Source: a virus. From it: a stretch of 64,000 nt of DNA. The notes below the pieces were generated by a model. That model saw only the letters and a list, made by a program, of their open reading frames with translations, made no database searches and was not told where the DNA came from. Positions within the stretch are counted from its first letter, which is position 1, and each line of letters opens with the position of its first letter. Location of the stretch: IMG/VR virus record IMGVR_UViG_3300042387_002331. One strand, 5' to 3'. This document shows positions 61,297-64,000 of the stretch, in pieces. Both the position numbers and the translations under genes were made by a program.

Positions 61297-61712
61297 ATCA
61301 TCAAATATACATTGTCAAAGAAACGAGAATCAACGTGAAATAAATGCAAACGAACATCGTCAACGGAACTCGTCAAAAATGAAAATCAACGATGATTATC
61401 AACAAAAGGAAATCGTCAATGTGTGGAATGAAAATCAACATGGGGAATGTAAATCGTCAATGATGATCATCAACAAAACGAAAATCGTTAATAGTATGTG
61501 ACAAGTGTGTTTGGCAATGAATGGTGTGAAAAAGTGGTGTGTCTAACCCCTCCATTGCCCGTCCACGTCCTTTTTAAAACTTTCCAAAAGTATATACAAA
61601 AAACATGAAAAAACACGTCCCCCACACGGGGAAATGGGGGGATGGGGATCGTCATATAATGAAAATCGTTAAAGAAATCGTCAAAAATACTTGGAAAATT
61701 GAATGAAAATCA
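61262..61712. repeat. Non-coding region with dispersed direct repeats AAATCGTCAA and AATGAAAATC (candidate origin or genome terminus)
   Basis: TCGTCAA x6 plus TCGTTAA/TCATCAA variants, AATGAAAATC x4, a C-run/G-run hairpin near 61619-61641, no credible long ORF. Confidence 0.65.
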
Positions 61713-62023
61713 TTATCTTCACATATGTATAACTGAATATTAAGGTATTCTCCATAATGGAAACAGAACAGAGGAACGCAACAGCATTAGGACACAGAAA
61801 GAACCTCCCAGTAATCAAAAAATGGAAAACAACATTGATATTCGTGTGTGAGGTAGGAACAGTTGAATATTAAACCGAGACCCACACCGCGATTATAGCC
61901 AAACGTGGCGTTTGAAAAACATTAAAAGAAGCTTGCAAGGAATTTGCAGGCTATCAGACTGCTCAGGAATAGATTTCATCAAATAATTTTCGTATATTAC
62001 AATAAATTAAAAAGAAAATTGTT

Positions 62024-62215
62024 ATGAAAGTAAAAGATGGAAAAGAGGTATTAGATTTTGAAGGAATTTTTATTGAATTAGATGAAAAAAGTAATGTTGG
62101 AATTTTTATTAGTAATGATAGTGAGTGTGATTTTGGAGAATATGAATGTGTAGGAGATAGTGGTGAAATAGAAATTAATGGGATGTTAATTAAATGGGGG
62201 GTGGTGTATGGTTAA
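62024..62215 (+). CDS. Small acidic protein encoded without any cytosine
   Basis: Class B promoter at 61966, gttATG leader; zero C in the CDS. Confidence 0.65.
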   Translation: MKVKDGKEVLDFEGIFIELDEKSNVGIFISNDSECDFGEYECVGDSGEIEINGMLIKWGVVYG

Positions 62216-62289
62216 TGATTAAACTACCTGAGGAATAAAATAATTAAAATAAATTTTGTATATTGATTGTATAATTAAAAAAATAAAAA

Positions 62290-62613
62290 ATGAAAGTTAT
62301 GAAAAATGAAGTAAAAAAATTAGGACGTCCTGTAAATGAAAACAGTGTAAGACAATTAAGGATTAAAGAATTAGAAAGTAAAAGAGAGTTAGGATTGTTA
62401 AAAAGAGGACGACCTGTAAATGAAAATAGTGAAAGACAAAAGAGGATTAGTGAGTTAGAAAATAAAAGAAAAAATGGAGAGTTGAAAAAAGGACGTCCTG
62501 TAAATGAAAATAGTGAAAGACAGAAAAGACTAAAAGAATTAGAGAGTAAAAGAGAGTTAGGTTTAGTTAAAAGAGGACGACCTAAAAAAGATAATAATGA
62601 AATAGCTGCTTAG
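62290..62613 (+). CDS. Basic protein with four GRP (AT-hook-like) motifs in 28-aa repeats
   Basis: GRPVNENS.RQ.R..ELE.KR..G..K x3, then GRPKK. Confidence 0.75.
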   Translation: MKVMKNEVKKLGRPVNENSVRQLRIKELESKRELGLLKRGRPVNENSERQKRISELENKRKNGELKKGRPVNENSERQKRLKELESKRELGLVKRGRPKKDNNEIAA

Positions 62614-62696
62614 GAATAAAATAATAATCATCATCAAAGGAAGCCTCTTATTAAAGAGGCTTTCGTATATTGATAACATAATTAAAAAGATAGAAA

Positions 62697-62894
62697 ATGA
62701 CATTAAGTGAAAAAGTATTTGAATTTGAGTGTGAAATTAGTGGTGAACAAGTTTTAGAATTTGAGATAGAAATTGATAAATTGAAAACTTTAGAAGATGT
62801 AAAAAATTATTATTTGTATGAAAGAGGATGGATTAGTGATGATAGTTTAGTGGATTTGTTAATTGATTTTATTATTGATTTAAAAATGGAATAA
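62697..62894 (+). CDS. Small acidic protein (3 C in 198 nt)
   Basis: Class B cassette. Confidence 0.6.
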   Translation: MTLSEKVFEFECEISGEQVLEFEIEIDKLKTLEDVKNYYLYERGWISDDSLVDLLIDFIIDLKME

Positions 62895-62945
62895 GTTAAT
62901 TAAAATGAAATTCGTATATTGAGTGTATAAATAAAAAGATAGAAA

Positions 62946-63155
62946 ATGACAGTAAAAGAATTAATTGAAGAGTTAGAAAAAGTAGAAAATAAGAATTTAC
63001 AAATTAGAATACATGGGACGGGTCCTGATGGATGGATTTATTATAATGAAGTAGAATGGTGTGAGAGAGAAAAAGTATGTGAAGAAATTTTTAGTGAAGG
63101 TGATTATGAAACTATCTATAAATATAGATTTGTTATAAGTGGAGGAATGTTTTAA
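62946..63155 (+). CDS. Small protein (MTVKELIEEL type)
   Basis: Class B cassette. Confidence 0.6.
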   Translation: MTVKELIEELEKVENKNLQIRIHGTGPDGWIYYNEVEWCEREKVCEEIFSEGDYETIYKYRFVISGGMF

Positions 63156-63198
63156 TACATTTCTCCTTCGTATATTGATGATATAAAAAGAAAATAAA

Positions 63199-63327
63199 AT
63201 GAGTGAAGAAGAAAGAAAAGAATTAGAATTGTTAGCATTTTTATTAATTCAGGAAGTGAATACTGTACAATTTGTATTTTTACCTGAAACATTGAAGTTT
63301 GAAGATGCTATAATCAGATTAAACTAG
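63199..63327 (+). CDS. Small hypothetical protein (not in ORF track)
   Basis: ATG after the class B promoter at 63144. Confidence 0.45.
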   Translation: MSEEERKELELLAFLLIQEVNTVQFVFLPETLKFEDAIIRLN

Positions 63328-63387
63328 GGAATAACAGAGTTAAAGTATATTTCGTATATTGATTGTATAATTAAAAAAATAAAAAGA

Positions 63388-63564
63388 TGAAAAACGAAGC
63401 AATTGTAAAAGGACTTATTATGAATGGAATCAATGAAAAAAATATTGAATTGTTTTTGAAATTGAAAGATGTAGCAGAGGAATTAGGATTTGAATTCAGT
63501 GAATATGATGGAATGGATGATTTATTTTATGTTACATTTGAAATAAAAAATGAGTTTAAATAGG
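63388..63564 (+). CDS. Small hypothetical protein (not in ORF track)
   Basis: ATG after the class B promoter at 63328. Confidence 0.5.
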
Positions 63565-63621
63565 AATAACGTTACTGAAATATAATTCGTATATTGATTG
63601 TATAATTAAAAAGTGAAAAAT

Positions 63622-63903
63622 ATGAATTTTGTAAATGAAGTAAAACGATTCCAAAACACTAAATTGAATAAATTGTTGATGAAACATTTTAATACATTGT
63701 ATAATGATTTTGAAGTTATTGAATTTAATGTTGATGAATTGGACAATGATATTGTTGAATTTGTGAAAAAAATTAATGAATATAATAAAACATATAATGA
63801 CGATTTAGTATACAATTATAGAGGAATGGGTATATATTTTGTTGAAAGTGAAAATAAAATATGGATGGAGGATTTGTTCAGCATATTATTTGAACGGGAC
63901 TAA
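63622..63903 (+). CDS. Hypothetical protein
   Basis: Class B cassette. Confidence 0.55.
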   Translation: MNFVNEVKRFQNTKLNKLLMKHFNTLYNDFEVIEFNVDELDNDIVEFVKKINEYNKTYNDDLVYNYRGMGIYFVESENKIWMEDLFSILFERD

Positions 63904-64000
63904 CAAAATTAAACTATAGTTCGTATATTGATTGTATAATTAAAAATGATAAAATGAAAAGATTTAAAGTAATTAAAAGAAAATTTAAAATTGATAGTGT

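Larger units (their letters stand above)
48006..63929 (+). promoter_or_regulatory. Class B promoter array GGA(A/C)-N21-(C/T)GTATAT, 28 copies
   Basis: GG starts at 48006, 48382, 48655, 49533, 50464, 51458, 53743, 54954, 55495, 56145, 56601, 57418, 58479, 58901, 59382, 59789, 60044, 60430, 60896, 61074, 61966, 62232, 62639, 62888, 63144, 63328, 63563, 63897. YGTATAT always begins 25 nt later. Confidence 0.85.

Noticed and set aside
61262-61712. Mini-CRISPR array in the non-coding segment
   Set aside because: The repeats are ~10 bp, degenerate and irregularly spaced.
48006-63929. Regularly recurring motif as a CRISPR array or attC integron cassettes
   Set aside because: The conserved part is short and bipartite with a variable spacer, the intervals are whole genes, and no integrase or cas operon is seen. 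Its position fits promoters.

Overview
This is 64 kb of a large, AT-rich, lytic tailed-phage genome, with essentially every gene on the + strand. The replisome is T4-like: family-B polymerase, sliding clamp and two clamp-loader subunits. The host is very probably a Bacteroidota, judged from A-rich leaders without Shine-Dalgarno, TTG-N20-TAnnTT promoters, a T9SS-type cargo protein and a GH16. Layout: fibre-like structural genes (1-2 kb); ThyX and a lytic transglycosylase; a 7-deazaguanine DNA-modification pathway (TGT/DpdA-like, QueC, QueD, QueE, FolE; 6-12.5 kb) next to a MazG-like NTP pyrophosphatase and the polymerase; GroES/EL; two free-standing HNH endonucleases; an ~11 kb glycosylation island (26.5-37.3 kb); eight tRNAs (40.9-41.9 kb); and a long array of small putative early genes (48-64 kb) interrupted by a repeat-rich non-coding segment (61.3-62.0 kb). 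Most striking observations: (1) genes right after the non-coding segment are almost devoid of C on the coding strand, i.e. of G on the template strand, including a 223-nt C-free run that contains a whole gene. This may be an adaptation to the phage's own guanine modification or to C-targeting defence (inference). (2) Three spatially segregated promoter-like motif classes, including 28 copies of GGA(A/C)-N21-YGTATAT with invariant spacing. (3) Two tRNA-like RNAs with identical acceptor stems but non-canonical anticodon arms. (4) A dispersed family of late genes carrying shared short terminal peptide tags, probably capsid-packaged cargo, one of them a nucleotidyltransferase. All functional calls come from motif recognition by eye; no database searches were run.
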